A DNA stretch of 64,000 bases from an uncultured Alphaproteobacteria bacterium (GTDB lineage: Bacteria; Pseudomonadota; Alphaproteobacteria; CAAHEQ01; UBA3637): contig CALARE010000010.1 of the NCBI GenBank assembly GCA_937888725.1, positions 4,876 through 68,875 of the forward strand, written 5' to 3'. Within the stretch, counting starts at the first letter, position 1. Each line of letters begins with the position of its first letter. Under the pieces are notes generated by a model. That model did no database searches, was not told the origin of the DNA, and saw only the letters and a program-made list of their open reading frames with translations. The position numbers and the translations under genes are program-made. This document shows, in pieces, positions 19,019 to 29,111 of the stretch.

Positions 19019-20668
19019 TTATTGGCGTTCTAAATTTTTTATAATCCGTATTGGAATAAATTGACGTTGATGAATAGGTATTGCTTCTTGAAAAGTCATA
19101 CCCGTTTCATCCAAACCTCGTTCAAGACATTTTTCAAGTACTGATAAGGTTAGCTGTGCAACAGGTCTGCGTTTCTTTTTAATTTTGTTCATATGACGTG
19201 CTATAATTGAAAAATCATCTTTTTGAATCGGTAAAAACCCGCTGTGGTCCAACATAAAATTCATCAATTTTGCAGCCAACGGCGTTTTTTGAATATAATA
19301 TAAAACGTTTTTAAATGTATCCCTTCTAATATTTTTTAAAATACGATAACTTTCAAACGGAGGAAGTGTTAAGGTTGACAATTTATCCCATAACAATTTT
19401 GCAATTGGCAAATTCCGTTTTCGAAGTGCTAACAAAATAGGATTTTCATGTTTTTTATTATATGCTTGAAACCAAAATGGATTTTGACGTATCAAAAAAT
19501 CAACCATCTCATAATCGTCATTTTGAATGGCAATGTGAATTAAAAAATCACCTTTTTTATTTTTAAAAGATAAAATTTCACATCCTTTACAAACAAGCTC
19601 TTTCAGTTCTAAAACATTTTTTGAACGAACTAATTTTTCTTGTTGGGCAAAATTCTTTATCCCTGTTAAAAGGTATTTTTTATATTCACTAACAAGATGA
19701 TAACCTGCTTTTATCTTTTGCTCGATATTTTCTTTATCAGAAAAAGAAGCCAATATGTCTTGAAAATTTTTTTGACCCGCATGCTTAAAATACAAGCCAA
19801 TAAATTCTGTAATAAATTGAGTAACGGTATGCCCTTCTACCGATTTTTGAAATTCGGGTGATAAATCACAAAAATACCCTCTAAAATGATGATCATCCAT
19901 TTCGATATTTAATATTCGATTTGCAGTTAAAACCATTTCATGATCATTTAGAAAAGCAATGCCCCCTTCAGCGTCATTTTTCTTTTTTGTGTTAATAAAG
20001 GCATGAAAATTTTTATAATGCCAATTAAGTTCTTTTTGTTTGTCCGAATATGACACAACATGCAAAACACTTGTCTTTGTTTTTTGCATAAAAAAACGAC
20101 TTGACGTAGCAATTGTTGTAAATGAACGCAAAATCTTTTCTTGTTCAGATGCTAGAAACTGAAATGATTTTAATTTTTTTTCAAATCGTTTTGTCATATC
20201 ATATGCAACAAAACCACCATAGCAAAAGGTAACAACAAGCAATCGATTAAGTGCATTACAAATTTCACCAACAGATTTTTTTTGCCCTTTTTCATCTTGC
20301 AATATTGGCAAAAAGAAAGTATCAAAAAGTGTTGAAAAATCCGCTTCTTCTGGCAAATCCTGTAAAGAAAGAGATGATTTTAAATCTGTCAAAATATGTT
20401 CTTTTTTAAGACTTCTTAAACGATGTGTCGGCAATCCTACATCATTATAATACGCCGACAAAACCTCTGTTTTTTCTGGCATATTATCTGACATAGCCAT
20501 CAAAAATCTTTTAATACACCCATTTGCATAATGTGGACGATCAACCATTCCTCCAGGCAAAATCAAAACAACATTCCCCTCTTTGGGAAATGAATAATTT
20601 GGTAAATCTCGCCAATGCGTTTCTGGAACAGATAAATCACGCGTTCCTAAATATATTCGATTCAACAT
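19019..20668 (-). CDS. hypothetical effector-like protein: hydrolase-like N-terminal region plus two ankyrin repeats
   Basis: C-terminal GDFLIHIAIQNDDYEMVDFLIRQNP...ENPILLALRKRNLPIAKLLWDK is ankyrin-like. N-terminal VVLILPGG... and LLVVTFCYGGFVAYD suggest an alpha/beta-hydrolase nucleophile elbow with Cys (weak inference). ATG lies 9 nt after the dnaJ stop. Confidence 0.55.
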   Translation of the reverse strand: MLNRIYLGTRDLSVPETHWRDLPNYSFPKEGNVVLILPGGMVDRPHYANGCIKRFLMAMSDNMPEKTEVLSAYYNDVGLPTHRLRSLKKEHILTDLKSSLSLQDLPEEADFSTLFDTFFLPILQDEKGQKKSVGEICNALNRLLVVTFCYGGFVAYDMTKRFEKKLKSFQFLASEQEKILRSFTTIATSSRFFMQKTKTSVLHVVSYSDKQKELNWHYKNFHAFINTKKKNDAEGGIAFLNDHEMVLTANRILNIEMDDHHFRGYFCDLSPEFQKSVEGHTVTQFITEFIGLYFKHAGQKNFQDILASFSDKENIEQKIKAGYHLVSEYKKYLLTGIKNFAQQEKLVRSKNVLELKELVCKGCEILSFKNKKGDFLIHIAIQNDDYEMVDFLIRQNPFWFQAYNKKHENPILLALRKRNLPIAKLLWDKLSTLTLPPFESYRILKNIRRDTFKNVLYYIQKTPLAAKLMNFMLDHSGFLPIQKDDFSIIARHMNKIKKKRRPVAQLTLSVLEKCLERGLDETGMTFQEAIPIHQRQFIPIRIIKNLERQ

Positions 20669-20677
20669 TACAACAAA

Positions 20678-21814
20678 CTAAATATTATCCCACAACTTTT
20701 TAATTTGGGACAAAAAGTCTGTACATGCCTCTTGCGTTTCTTCTTTTGACTCTAAAGCAAATTCTTTCAATAATTCTTTTTGTCTTTGCGTTAGATGCCG
20801 TGGCGTTTCAACTTTTATTGTCACAAACAAATCTCCAAAGGAACCACTTTTTAACACAGGCATACCTTTACCTTTTAATTTAATCTGATGACCACTTTGC
20901 ATCCCAGCTCGAATATCTAGTTTTTCAGTTTTCCCTGTCATTAATGGCACATCAACCACTCCCCCAAGTGCCGCAACCGTCATTGGAACAGGAATTTCAC
21001 AATACAAATTTGCACCTTCTCGTTCAAAAATTTCATGTTTTTTAACTGTCAAAAAAACATATAAATCACCAGCTGGACCACCGTGTACACCAACATGACC
21101 TTCATTCGGCAACCGCATCCGAATGCCTGTATCAACACCTTTTGGTACATTTACTTCTAATGTCCGCTTTTTACGAATACGCCCTGTTCCCTTACATTTT
21201 GAGCAGGGATCTTTAACTGTTTTACCACTTCCATGACAAGTTGGACAATCAGTATCAACAACAAAAAAACCTTGTCGTTGACGAACACGGCCATATCCTC
21301 CACAAGTTTCACATTGTTCCAAACTTTTCCCACCCTTACCAGAACATTCATCACAGGCAACAAAAGTTTCAACATCAATTGATTTTTTTAAACCATCATA
21401 CGCTTCTTGTAAAGAAATCGTTAAATCATACCTTAAATCTGCACCACGATTTTGTTTAGCCTCACCACGAGCAGACTGTGCACCACGCGTAAAACCACTA
21501 AACATCTCTTCAAAAATACTTTCAAACCCTGTGCCTGAAAAATCAAAACCACCAAAACCACCTGCACCGCCAGATTGCCCCATTCCGCTGGTATAAGCTT
21601 GATGTCCGTATCTGTCGTAAGCGGCTCGTTTTTGGTCATCTTTTAAAACCTCATAAGCTTCATTAATCTCTTTAAATCGAGCTTCAGCACTTGTATCACC
21701 AGGGTGATAATCAGGATGACACTCTTTTGCCTTTACACGAAACGCTCTTTTAATTTCATCAAATGAAGCTGTTTTGGAAACACCTAATAAGTCATAATAA
21801 GTTTGATTAGTCAC
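20678..21814 (-). CDS. dnaJ: molecular chaperone DnaJ
   Basis: J domain YYDLLGVSKTASFDEIKRAFRVKAKECHPDYHPGD. G/F region. Four CxxCxGxG zinc-finger repeats. GTG start at 21814. Confidence 0.95.
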   Translation of the reverse strand: MTNQTYYDLLGVSKTASFDEIKRAFRVKAKECHPDYHPGDTSAEARFKEINEAYEVLKDDQKRAAYDRYGHQAYTSGMGQSGGAGGFGGFDFSGTGFESIFEEMFSGFTRGAQSARGEAKQNRGADLRYDLTISLQEAYDGLKKSIDVETFVACDECSGKGGKSLEQCETCGGYGRVRQRQGFFVVDTDCPTCHGSGKTVKDPCSKCKGTGRIRKKRTLEVNVPKGVDTGIRMRLPNEGHVGVHGGPAGDLYVFLTVKKHEIFEREGANLYCEIPVPMTVAALGGVVDVPLMTGKTEKLDIRAGMQSGHQIKLKGKGMPVLKSGSFGDLFVTIKVETPRHLTQRQKELLKEFALESKEETQEACTDFLSQIKKLWDNI

Positions 21815-21904
21815 GCTCTTACCTTTTGTATTTTTGAATTGCTAAATTTTTATGTTCTGTATCATACCATTTTATGATATTTTTTGCAAGTAAAACATAT
21901 CTTT

Positions 21905-21955
21905 TTAAAACGAAAAGAGGTATTGAACCAAAGTTCAATACCCCCTTTTTTTTAT
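21905..21955. terminator. hairpin in the dnaK-dnaJ spacer (attenuator or partial terminator)
   Basis: 10-bp perfect stem GGTATTGAAC(21919-21928)/GTTCAATACC(21933-21942). T-rich tracts follow on both strands. Confidence 0.5.
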
Positions 21956-21966
21956 TTTTTAAGAAA

Positions 21967-23868
21967 TTATTTTTTAACTTCTTCAAAATCTGCATCAACA
22001 ACCGTATCATCTGCTTTTGCAGTTTCTTCTTGCGTACCCGCTGAAGCATTTGCACCATCGGCTTGTTGTTGCTTATACATAGCTTCACCCAATTTTAGTG
22101 ATGTTTGAGTTAATGCATTTGTTTTGTCTTTAATTTTTTCAGCATCATTGCTATCCAAAACATCTTTTAATTCTTGCACAGCTTTTTCAATTGCTTCTTT
22201 ATCAGAAGATGGAATTTTATCACCATTTTCTTTAAGCAATTTTTCTGTTTCATGAATCAATGCATCAGCATGGTTACGAGCTTCAATCGCTTCTTTTATT
22301 TTTTTATCTTCTTCAGCATGCTGTTCAGCTTCTTTAATCATTTTTTCGATATCATCATCTTTTAAACCGCCCGAAGCTTGGATGCGGATATTTTGCTCCT
22401 TACCAGTTGCTTTATCTTTTGCTGAAACATTAACAATACCATTTGCGTCAATATCAAACGTAACTTCAATTTGAGGCATACCACGTGGTGCAGGTGGAAT
22501 ACCAATCAAATCAAATTGACCAAGCAATTTGTTATCTCTTGCCATTTCACGTTCCCCTTGATGGACACGAATTGTCACAGCAGTTTGCCCATCTTCAGCT
22601 GTTGAGAAAACCTGACTCTTTTTTGTTGGGATAGTGGTATTTCTATCAATTAAGCGTGTGAAAACACCGCCCAATGTTTCAATCCCTAATGATAATGGTG
22701 TCACATCGAGTAATAGAACATCTTTAACATCACCTTTCAACACCCCACCTTGAATAGCAGCACCCATAGCAACAACTTCATCTGGGTTAACACCTTTATG
22801 AGGTTCTTTACCAAAGAAATCTTTAACAATTTCTTGAACCTTTGGCATACGTGTCATACCACCAACCAAAATGACTTCATCAATTTGTGAACGAGAAAGA
22901 CCAGCATCTTGCAAAGCTTTTTCCATTGGACCTTTTGTTCTTGCGAGTAAATCTTCAACCAAACTTTCCAATTTTGCACGTGTCAAAGAAACATTTAAAT
23001 GCTTTGGACCTGTTGCATCGGCCGTAATGAATGGCAAATTAATATCTGTTTGCGTTGCTGATGAAAGTTCGATTTTTGCTTTTTCAGCTGCCTCTTTTAA
23101 GCGTTGTAAAGCCATTCTGTCTTTTCTTAAATCAATTCCATTTTCTTTTTGGAATTCATCGGCTAAGAAATCCATAATACGTGCATCAAAGTCTTCACCA
23201 CCCAAGAATGTATCACCATTGGTTGCTTTAACTTCAAAAACACCATCACCAATTTCCAAAATTGAAACGTCAAATGTACCACCGCCCAAATCATAAACAG
23301 CAATCATACCAGATTTTTTTTGGTCCATCCCATATGCCAACGCAGCAGCTGTTGGTTCATTAATGATTCTTAAAACTTCTAAACCAGCAATTTTACCAGC
23401 ATCTTTTGTTGCTTGACGTTGCGAATCGTCAAAATATGCAGGAACAGTAATAATAGCTTGTGTGATTTTTTCACCCAAATAACTTTCAGCATCTTCCTTC
23501 AATTTTTGCAAAACAAATGCGGAAATTTGACTTGGTGCATACTTTTTATCATTCACATCAACCCAAGCATCACCATTTTCACCTTCAACAATTTTATAAG
23601 GAACAAGACCTTTATCTCTTTCAACCATTTTGTCATTGAAACGACGCCCAATTAAACGTTTAATTGAAAAAAGTGTTCCACCTGGATTTGTTACAGCTTG
23701 GCGTTTTGCCGCTTGTCCAACTAAACGCTCACCCTTTGATGTAAATGCAACCATTGAAGGGGTTGTTCTTGCACCTTCTCTATTTTCCAACACTTTCCCA
23801 TCTTTACCATCCATAATGGCCATACAGGAGTTTGTTGTACCTAAATCAATTCCTAAAATTTTAGACAT
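21967..23868 (-). CDS. dnaK: molecular chaperone DnaK (Hsp70)
   Basis: 633 aa. [42 protein letters not shown] upstream. Confidence 0.98.
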   Translation of the reverse strand: MSKILGIDLGTTNSCMAIMDGKDGKVLENREGARTTPSMVAFTSKGERLVGQAAKRQAVTNPGGTLFSIKRLIGRRFNDKMVERDKGLVPYKIVEGENGDAWVDVNDKKYAPSQISAFVLQKLKEDAESYLGEKITQAIITVPAYFDDSQRQATKDAGKIAGLEVLRIINEPTAAALAYGMDQKKSGMIAVYDLGGGTFDVSILEIGDGVFEVKATNGDTFLGGEDFDARIMDFLADEFQKENGIDLRKDRMALQRLKEAAEKAKIELSSATQTDINLPFITADATGPKHLNVSLTRAKLESLVEDLLARTKGPMEKALQDAGLSRSQIDEVILVGGMTRMPKVQEIVKDFFGKEPHKGVNPDEVVAMGAAIQGGVLKGDVKDVLLLDVTPLSLGIETLGGVFTRLIDRNTTIPTKKSQVFSTAEDGQTAVTIRVHQGEREMARDNKLLGQFDLIGIPPAPRGMPQIEVTFDIDANGIVNVSAKDKATGKEQNIRIQASGGLKDDDIEKMIKEAEQHAEEDKKIKEAIEARNHADALIHETEKLLKENGDKIPSSDKEAIEKAVQELKDVLDSNDAEKIKDKTNALTQTSLKLGEAMYKQQQADGANASAGTQEETAKADDTVVDADFEEVKK

Positions 23869-23911
23869 TTATTTTCTCCTTTTACAATAACAAAACTTTT
23901 TGATGAGTGTT

Positions 23912-23940
23912 ATATAGGTCATAACATTGTATTTTTCAAC
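23912..23940 (-). promoter_or_regulatory. alpha-type RpoH (sigma32) heat-shock promoter for dnaK
   Basis: The minus strand reads gTTG-N18-CCTATAT (GGTTGAAAAATACAATGTTATGACCTATATAAC), close to the alphaproteobacterial consensus CTTG-N17/18-CYTATNT. It lies about 45 nt upstream of the dnaK ATG. Confidence 0.5.
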
Positions 23941-24077
23941 CCTCTTTTTTTATTTTTTTTATCTTTTTTTCTAAAAAAAATTTAATTTTATCTGTCCACA
24001 TCAAAATACTTGATAAAAAAAAAGAATATGCTATAGTGTTTTTAAACAGCATGTTGAATATATTTAAAGGTATAAAA

Positions 24078-24371
24078 ATGACAACTCCGATATCTCGAAA
24101 TTGGTTTTTTCCTTTTATTTGTATGTGGATAACTTTATACTTTTTTTATCATGGGATTGAGGGCAACCACGGCATTCAGCGAATGAAACAGGTTCAAAAT
24201 GAAATCAGAACAGCAACCCAAATTGCTACAAGTTTAAAAAAAGAAAAAGAGCTTTTACAAGCAAAGGTTAATGCTCTCTCACCAAAATCTCTCGATTTAG
24301 ATCAACTTGAAGAATCGGCTCTTCGTATTTTAAATATGGGAGATAAAAATGCTCGTATTATTTTTAAATAG
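24078..24371 (+). CDS. ftsB: septum formation initiator family protein (FtsB/DivIC-like)
   Basis: Short N-terminal TM (WFFPFICMWITLYFFYHGIEGNHG) followed by a coiled coil, about 100 aa. The start is uncertain (24078, 24051, or GTG 24036). Confidence 0.6.
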   Translation: MTTPISRNWFFPFICMWITLYFFYHGIEGNHGIQRMKQVQNEIRTATQIATSLKKEKELLQAKVNALSPKSLDLDQLEESALRILNMGDKNARIIFK

Positions 24372-24765
24372 AGTTTCCTTGACTCTTTCTTTTTAATAAA
24401 GATAAGCGTTGCATATTAGCAACTTGTTTTTGTTCTTTTAATGAAAAAGAAATCATTTCTTCATCATCATTATATTGCAAATTCATAAATTCAATTACTT
24501 TTGTTTTGCTTTGAAGAATTTGCATACGATACTTTGGCGGAACAACTAAATGCCGTTTTTTGTCAAACTCCCACTGTTTTGTTGTTACATTATAAAGAAT
24601 ATGTCCCAAACAGGCAACGCTATGGGCATCTATTTTGTAATGTTTAATAAATGTTGCATGAGTCATATCCCCTGAAAAATTAGGATGTTCTTGAAATTGA
24701 TGCCAAACTCGAACTGAAAAATCTTTCACCTTTGGGTGATCATTATAAAAAACGATAAATCTCAT
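24364..24765 (-). CDS. hypothetical protein, translationally coupled to ampG
   Basis: 133-aa ORF. Its ATG overlaps the ampG stop (TAATG). I do not recognise a family. The 3' end overlaps the convergent ftsB-like gene by 8 nt. Confidence 0.45.
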   Translation of the reverse strand: MRFIVFYNDHPKVKDFSVRVWHQFQEHPNFSGDMTHATFIKHYKIDAHSVACLGHILYNVTTKQWEFDKKRHLVVPPKYRMQILQSKTKVIEFMNLQYNDDEEMISFSLKEQKQVANMQRLSLLKRKSQGNSI

Positions 24766-26057
24766 TATTTTTCTTCTTTAAAAATTAAATATCTAAGCAA
24801 AATAAGGGCGGGTACCATTAGACATCCCGTAAAAATAAAGAAAGCATACCATCCCATTGTTTCAGCCCAAACACCACTATAAACAGAAATGACACTAACC
24901 GCCAACATCATCAAACTTGTTAAAAGAGCATATTGCGTTGCAGAATATCGTTTTGAACACAATCCTGATAAAAAGGCAACAAAAACCGCACCACCCATAC
25001 CACCTACAATATTATCAAATAAAATCACAATTAAAAACATTATTGTTGAATTTGGAAAAAATGAAAATGCACCGAAAACAAATGATGTTAAAATTTCAAC
25101 AAAACCTAATGCCATCAACAACTTTAAAATAGGATAACGCATAACAAGGATACCACCCAATGCAACACCTGTTAAAGTAATCCATGGACCAATCGTACCA
25201 GAAATAAGTGCAATTTCAGCTTTTGAAAAACCAAGTTCCTTATAAAATGGGAGAGCCATCCGACCTAATACAGCATTACATAATTTGTATAATACAATAA
25301 ACACAAGCACCCATGCCCAATTATTCCGTTTCATAAAATCTTGAAATGGAGCAACAATCATATCATGCCAAAAGTGTTCTTTTTTATCTATTATTGTTGG
25401 ATGTATTTCTTCTTTAACAAAAAGAGTGCTAAAAAATCCACCAATTAACAAAATCCCAACTAAAAAATAGGATTCTTGCCAACCCAATATGGCTGAAAGA
25501 GCAACAACACCAGCACCAGCAACAAGCATTCCCATCCTGTATCCAAATTGATACATCCCCGCTCCTTCTCCATATTCTTCTTTTTTAAGTGTATCAATCC
25601 TCAACGCATCAACAACAATATCTTGGCTTGCTGCAAAAAATGCCACTAAAAATGAAAACAAATATGTTTGGAGAGGTATATGTAACATTTCGTTTTTATA
25701 TTCTATCGAAAAAAACCATGTATTTTTGTCAGGAGAAAATGTTGATAATCCTAATACACTTAAAATTAATCCCATTTGAAAAATAATAAGCCATGTTTTT
25801 TTAGCCCCAATTTTTTTTGATAAATAAGGTAACTCAATTTTATCAATCAAAGGTGCCCATAAAAATTTAAAATTATATGGTAATAAAACAAGTGCAAAAA
25901 AACCTATCACACTTAATTTCATGCCAGTATCGGCCATCCATAAAGATAATGAATAACCAATTAAACTATATGGCAAGCCACATGAAAACCCCAAAAAGAA
26001 GAAAATAAAAACAGCTGGCTTTAAATACCCTTTTAAAGAATCAATCCAACTTAACAT
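24765..26057 (-). CDS. ampG: AmpG-family muropeptide MFS transporter
   Basis: GLPYSLIGYSLSLWMADTGMKLSVIGFFALVLLPYNFKFLWAPLIDK matches the AmpG N-terminal signature. About 12 hydrophobic segments. Confidence 0.8.
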   Translation of the reverse strand: MLSWIDSLKGYLKPAVFIFFFLGFSCGLPYSLIGYSLSLWMADTGMKLSVIGFFALVLLPYNFKFLWAPLIDKIELPYLSKKIGAKKTWLIIFQMGLILSVLGLSTFSPDKNTWFFSIEYKNEMLHIPLQTYLFSFLVAFFAASQDIVVDALRIDTLKKEEYGEGAGMYQFGYRMGMLVAGAGVVALSAILGWQESYFLVGILLIGGFFSTLFVKEEIHPTIIDKKEHFWHDMIVAPFQDFMKRNNWAWVLVFIVLYKLCNAVLGRMALPFYKELGFSKAEIALISGTIGPWITLTGVALGGILVMRYPILKLLMALGFVEILTSFVFGAFSFFPNSTIMFLIVILFDNIVGGMGGAVFVAFLSGLCSKRYSATQYALLTSLMMLAVSVISVYSGVWAETMGWYAFFIFTGCLMVPALILLRYLIFKEEK

Positions 26058-26111
26058 CTCTTTCTCCTAATGACAGGCAAACGATATCATAATCCTTTGC
26101 CTGTTTTTTTA

Positions 26112-27935
26112 TTAATCTTCTTTTCTGCGTTCAAATTTACGTCTTTCATTACTATCTAAATACTTTTTACGTAAACGAATATTTTGGGGTGTTACTTCTA
26201 CTAATTCATCATCTTCAATATATGATAGTGCAACTTCTAAACTCATAACACGCGGTGGATAAAGCAAAACGTTATCATCTTTACCCGCAGCACGCATATT
26301 TGTTAATTTTTTCCCTTTGATTGGATTCACTTCAATATCGCCAGGTTTTGCATTTGCACCAATAATCATCCCTGCATAAACAGTCACACCAGCAGGAATA
26401 AACAAAGGACCTCTTTCTTGAATATTAAAAAGTGCATAAGGCACAGCTTTCCCTTGTTCTGTTGAAATAAGAACACCATTTCTACGTCCTGTGATTTGAC
26501 CTTTATATGGGGCATAACTGTGGAATAGTCTATTCATAACACCTGTCCCACATGTATCTGTTAAGAACTCGCTATAATACCCTATCAAACCACGGGATGG
26601 GGCAATAAATGTTAATCTTGTTTTTCCACCACCACTTGGATACATTTCTGTCATTTCAGCTTTACGAAGACTCATCTTCTCCACAACAACACCTGTGTAA
26701 GCATCATCAACATCAATAACAACTTCTTCCATTGGTTCTAATTTACGACCATCATCATCTTCTTTAAACACAACTCTTGGTCTTGAAACAGAAAGTTCAT
26801 ACCCTTCACGTCGCATTGTTTCAATTAAAACACCCAGTTGCAATTCACCACGACCAGCTACTTCAAAAGCATCAGTTGTGTCTGTTCTTGAAACACGGAG
26901 TGCAATATTTCCCTCCGCCTCTTTGCATAATCTATCCCATATCATACGAGAGGTTACTTTATCACCTTCAGTCCCAGCCAATGGAGATGTGTTAATTGAA
27001 AACGTCATTGCAAGTGTTGGCGGATCAATTGGTTCTGCCTGAATTGGCTCTGTCACAACAGCATCACACAATGTATCAGATACCGTTGCGTCTGTCATCC
27101 CTGCAATACTAACAATATCACCCGCCACACCTTCATCAATTGGTTGACGTTTTAGCCCACGAAATGCCAAAATTTTAGAAGCTCTTGCTGTTTCAACAGG
27201 TTTACCTTCACGCGTAATTGCCTTAATCATTTGATTTGTTTTAATTTTACCTGACAAAATACGGCCTGTTAAAATCCTGCCGACAAATGGATCAGCTTCT
27301 AATGTTGTTACAAGCATTTTAAATGGACCATTTTCATCACAGGCAGGAGCTGGTACATGTTCCACAATTTTATTAAACAAAGGCATAATGTCTTTACGTT
27401 CATCAGCCAAATCATTAACAGCCCATCCCTCACGGCCAGAAGCAAATAATGTAGGGAAATCAAGTTGTTCTTCTGTTGCACCAAGATTATCAAACAAATC
27501 AAAAACTTCATTGTGAACTTCATCAGGTCTAGCATCGGCTCTATCAATTTTATTAATCACAACAATGGGACGTAAACCCAATTTCAAAGCTTTTGATAAA
27601 ACAAATTTTGTTTGAGGCAATGGACCTTCTGCTGAATCAACCAACAAAATAACACCATCAACCATTGATAAAATACGTTCAACTTCACCACCGAAATCAG
27701 CGTGTCCAGGTGTATCAACAATGTTGATGCGAATATTATTCCATTCGACAGATGTACACTTTGCAAAAATTGTAATCCCACGTTCTCGTTCCAAATCATT
27801 TGAATCCATTGCACAAGTTACAACTTGTTGGTTTTCACGATATGCCCCACTTTGTTTTAAAAATGCATCTACAAATGTCGTTTTACCATGGTCAACGTGT
27901 GCAATAATAGCGATATTTCTCATTTCTTGTGTCAT
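26112..27935 (-). CDS. typA: translational GTPase TypA/BipA
   Basis: 607 aa. IRNIAIIAHVDHGKTTFVDAFL, DTPGHADFGGEVER, NKIDR. Domain order and length are typical of BipA. Confidence 0.95.
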   Translation of the reverse strand: MTQEMRNIAIIAHVDHGKTTFVDAFLKQSGAYRENQQVVTCAMDSNDLERERGITIFAKCTSVEWNNIRINIVDTPGHADFGGEVERILSMVDGVILLVDSAEGPLPQTKFVLSKALKLGLRPIVVINKIDRADARPDEVHNEVFDLFDNLGATEEQLDFPTLFASGREGWAVNDLADERKDIMPLFNKIVEHVPAPACDENGPFKMLVTTLEADPFVGRILTGRILSGKIKTNQMIKAITREGKPVETARASKILAFRGLKRQPIDEGVAGDIVSIAGMTDATVSDTLCDAVVTEPIQAEPIDPPTLAMTFSINTSPLAGTEGDKVTSRMIWDRLCKEAEGNIALRVSRTDTTDAFEVAGRGELQLGVLIETMRREGYELSVSRPRVVFKEDDDGRKLEPMEEVVIDVDDAYTGVVVEKMSLRKAEMTEMYPSGGGKTRLTFIAPSRGLIGYYSEFLTDTCGTGVMNRLFHSYAPYKGQITGRRNGVLISTEQGKAVPYALFNIQERGPLFIPAGVTVYAGMIIGANAKPGDIEVNPIKGKKLTNMRAAGKDDNVLLYPPRVMSLEVALSYIEDDELVEVTPQNIRLRKKYLDSNERRKFERRKED

Positions 27936-28068
27936 TTTTTGCCTCTATATAAAGATAAACAACCACTCATTCTTTCTTAAGCAAAAGAACAACTGATTAT
28001 TTTGTCGTGATTCTTTTAATTTATTGAGTGGATTATACTCTTTTTTTTAACAAAAGTCCAGTTAAAAA

Positions 28069-28638
28069 TTATCTTCGCACAGACTGAATGGTGCCATTTG
28101 GTAAAATCAAAATAATTTGCGATGGTTTATGGGTTATCTCTCCTTCAAAAACGAAAGGAACAATATAATCAACTGCGTTTTTTATTTTATCAGAAATATC
28201 ATTATAATAAAGCGGTGTTTGTTCACCTGATATGTTAGCAGACGTTGAAACAAGTGGTTTTTTAAATCTTTCTAAAAGTTTTATACAAAAGGAATGTTTT
28301 GGTATTCTAAAAGCCGCTGATCCATTTTGATTTATAACTCCTTTAGGTAAATTAAAGACTTTTGGCAATATCACTGTTTGCGGAATACTTGCATTTGATA
28401 ATAAATTTGAAATTTCTTCTGTTATACCAAAAACAAAAGGTGATAATCGTTCAACCCTATCAACAAGTGATATAACACTTTTATCCTCCATTCTTTTTTT
28501 TATTTTAAATAAACGTTCAACGGCTTTTTCATTCAATGCATCACAACCTAATCCCCATACTGTATCAGTTGGATATAAAATTATACCGCCATGTTCCAAT
28601 ACTTCTATAGCTTTTTGGATTTCTTGTTCTTCTATCAT
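28069..28638 (-). CDS. tsaC: L-threonylcarbamoyladenylate synthase (YrdC/TsaC family)
   Basis: GGIILYPTDTVWGLGCDALNEKAVERLFKIKKR and LVSTSANISGE are YrdC-domain motifs. Confidence 0.8.
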   Translation of the reverse strand: MIEEQEIQKAIEVLEHGGIILYPTDTVWGLGCDALNEKAVERLFKIKKRMEDKSVISLVDRVERLSPFVFGITEEISNLLSNASIPQTVILPKVFNLPKGVINQNGSAAFRIPKHSFCIKLLERFKKPLVSTSANISGEQTPLYYNDISDKIKNAVDYIVPFVFEGEITHKPSQIILILPNGTIQSVRR

Positions 28639-28640
28639 AA

Positions 28641-29111
28641 TTACCGACTACGATATGCTCCTTTTAAACAAAATGAATCTAAAATATGTCCATTCATTTC
28701 ACGTTGCAATGTTTCAAGAGAAAAACCTGTTGTTAAATTTAATTCTTTATCCAACGCATAAACCGTTAAATCATAGACATGCTCTCTATCTGGAGGGGCC
28801 ATTCCACCATACAGCGGTTTATTCCAACTATTATTTCCTTGAATAAAATCTGCATTAATATTTGATGATTCACCAGCCACAAGCTGATTCTTTTTCAAAT
28901 TTGCAATCAACCAATGTATCCATACAAATCCACAAACAGGGACAGAATCTTTATCATCCAAAATCACCGCATAAGACACAGTCCCTTGTGGCTCATCTTT
29001 AATTTCAAATGGCAATGAAAAAGCTGGCATATCATCAATAAAGTCTTTACCAAATTTACCATACACATCATCAATTACACCATTTATAATTCCAGAACTT
29101 ACAACTTGCAT
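28641..29111 (-). CDS. YbhB/YbcL-family PEBP (Raf kinase inhibitor-like) protein
   Basis: LDDKDSVP...WIHWLIANL and PPDREHVYDLTVYALD fit the bacterial PEBP pattern (DPDaP...HW, H.Y.f.lyALD). Confidence 0.75.
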   Translation of the reverse strand: MQVVSSGIINGVIDDVYGKFGKDFIDDMPAFSLPFEIKDEPQGTVSYAVILDDKDSVPVCGFVWIHWLIANLKKNQLVAGESSNINADFIQGNNSWNKPLYGGMAPPDREHVYDLTVYALDKELNLTTGFSLETLQREMNGHILDSFCLKGAYRSR

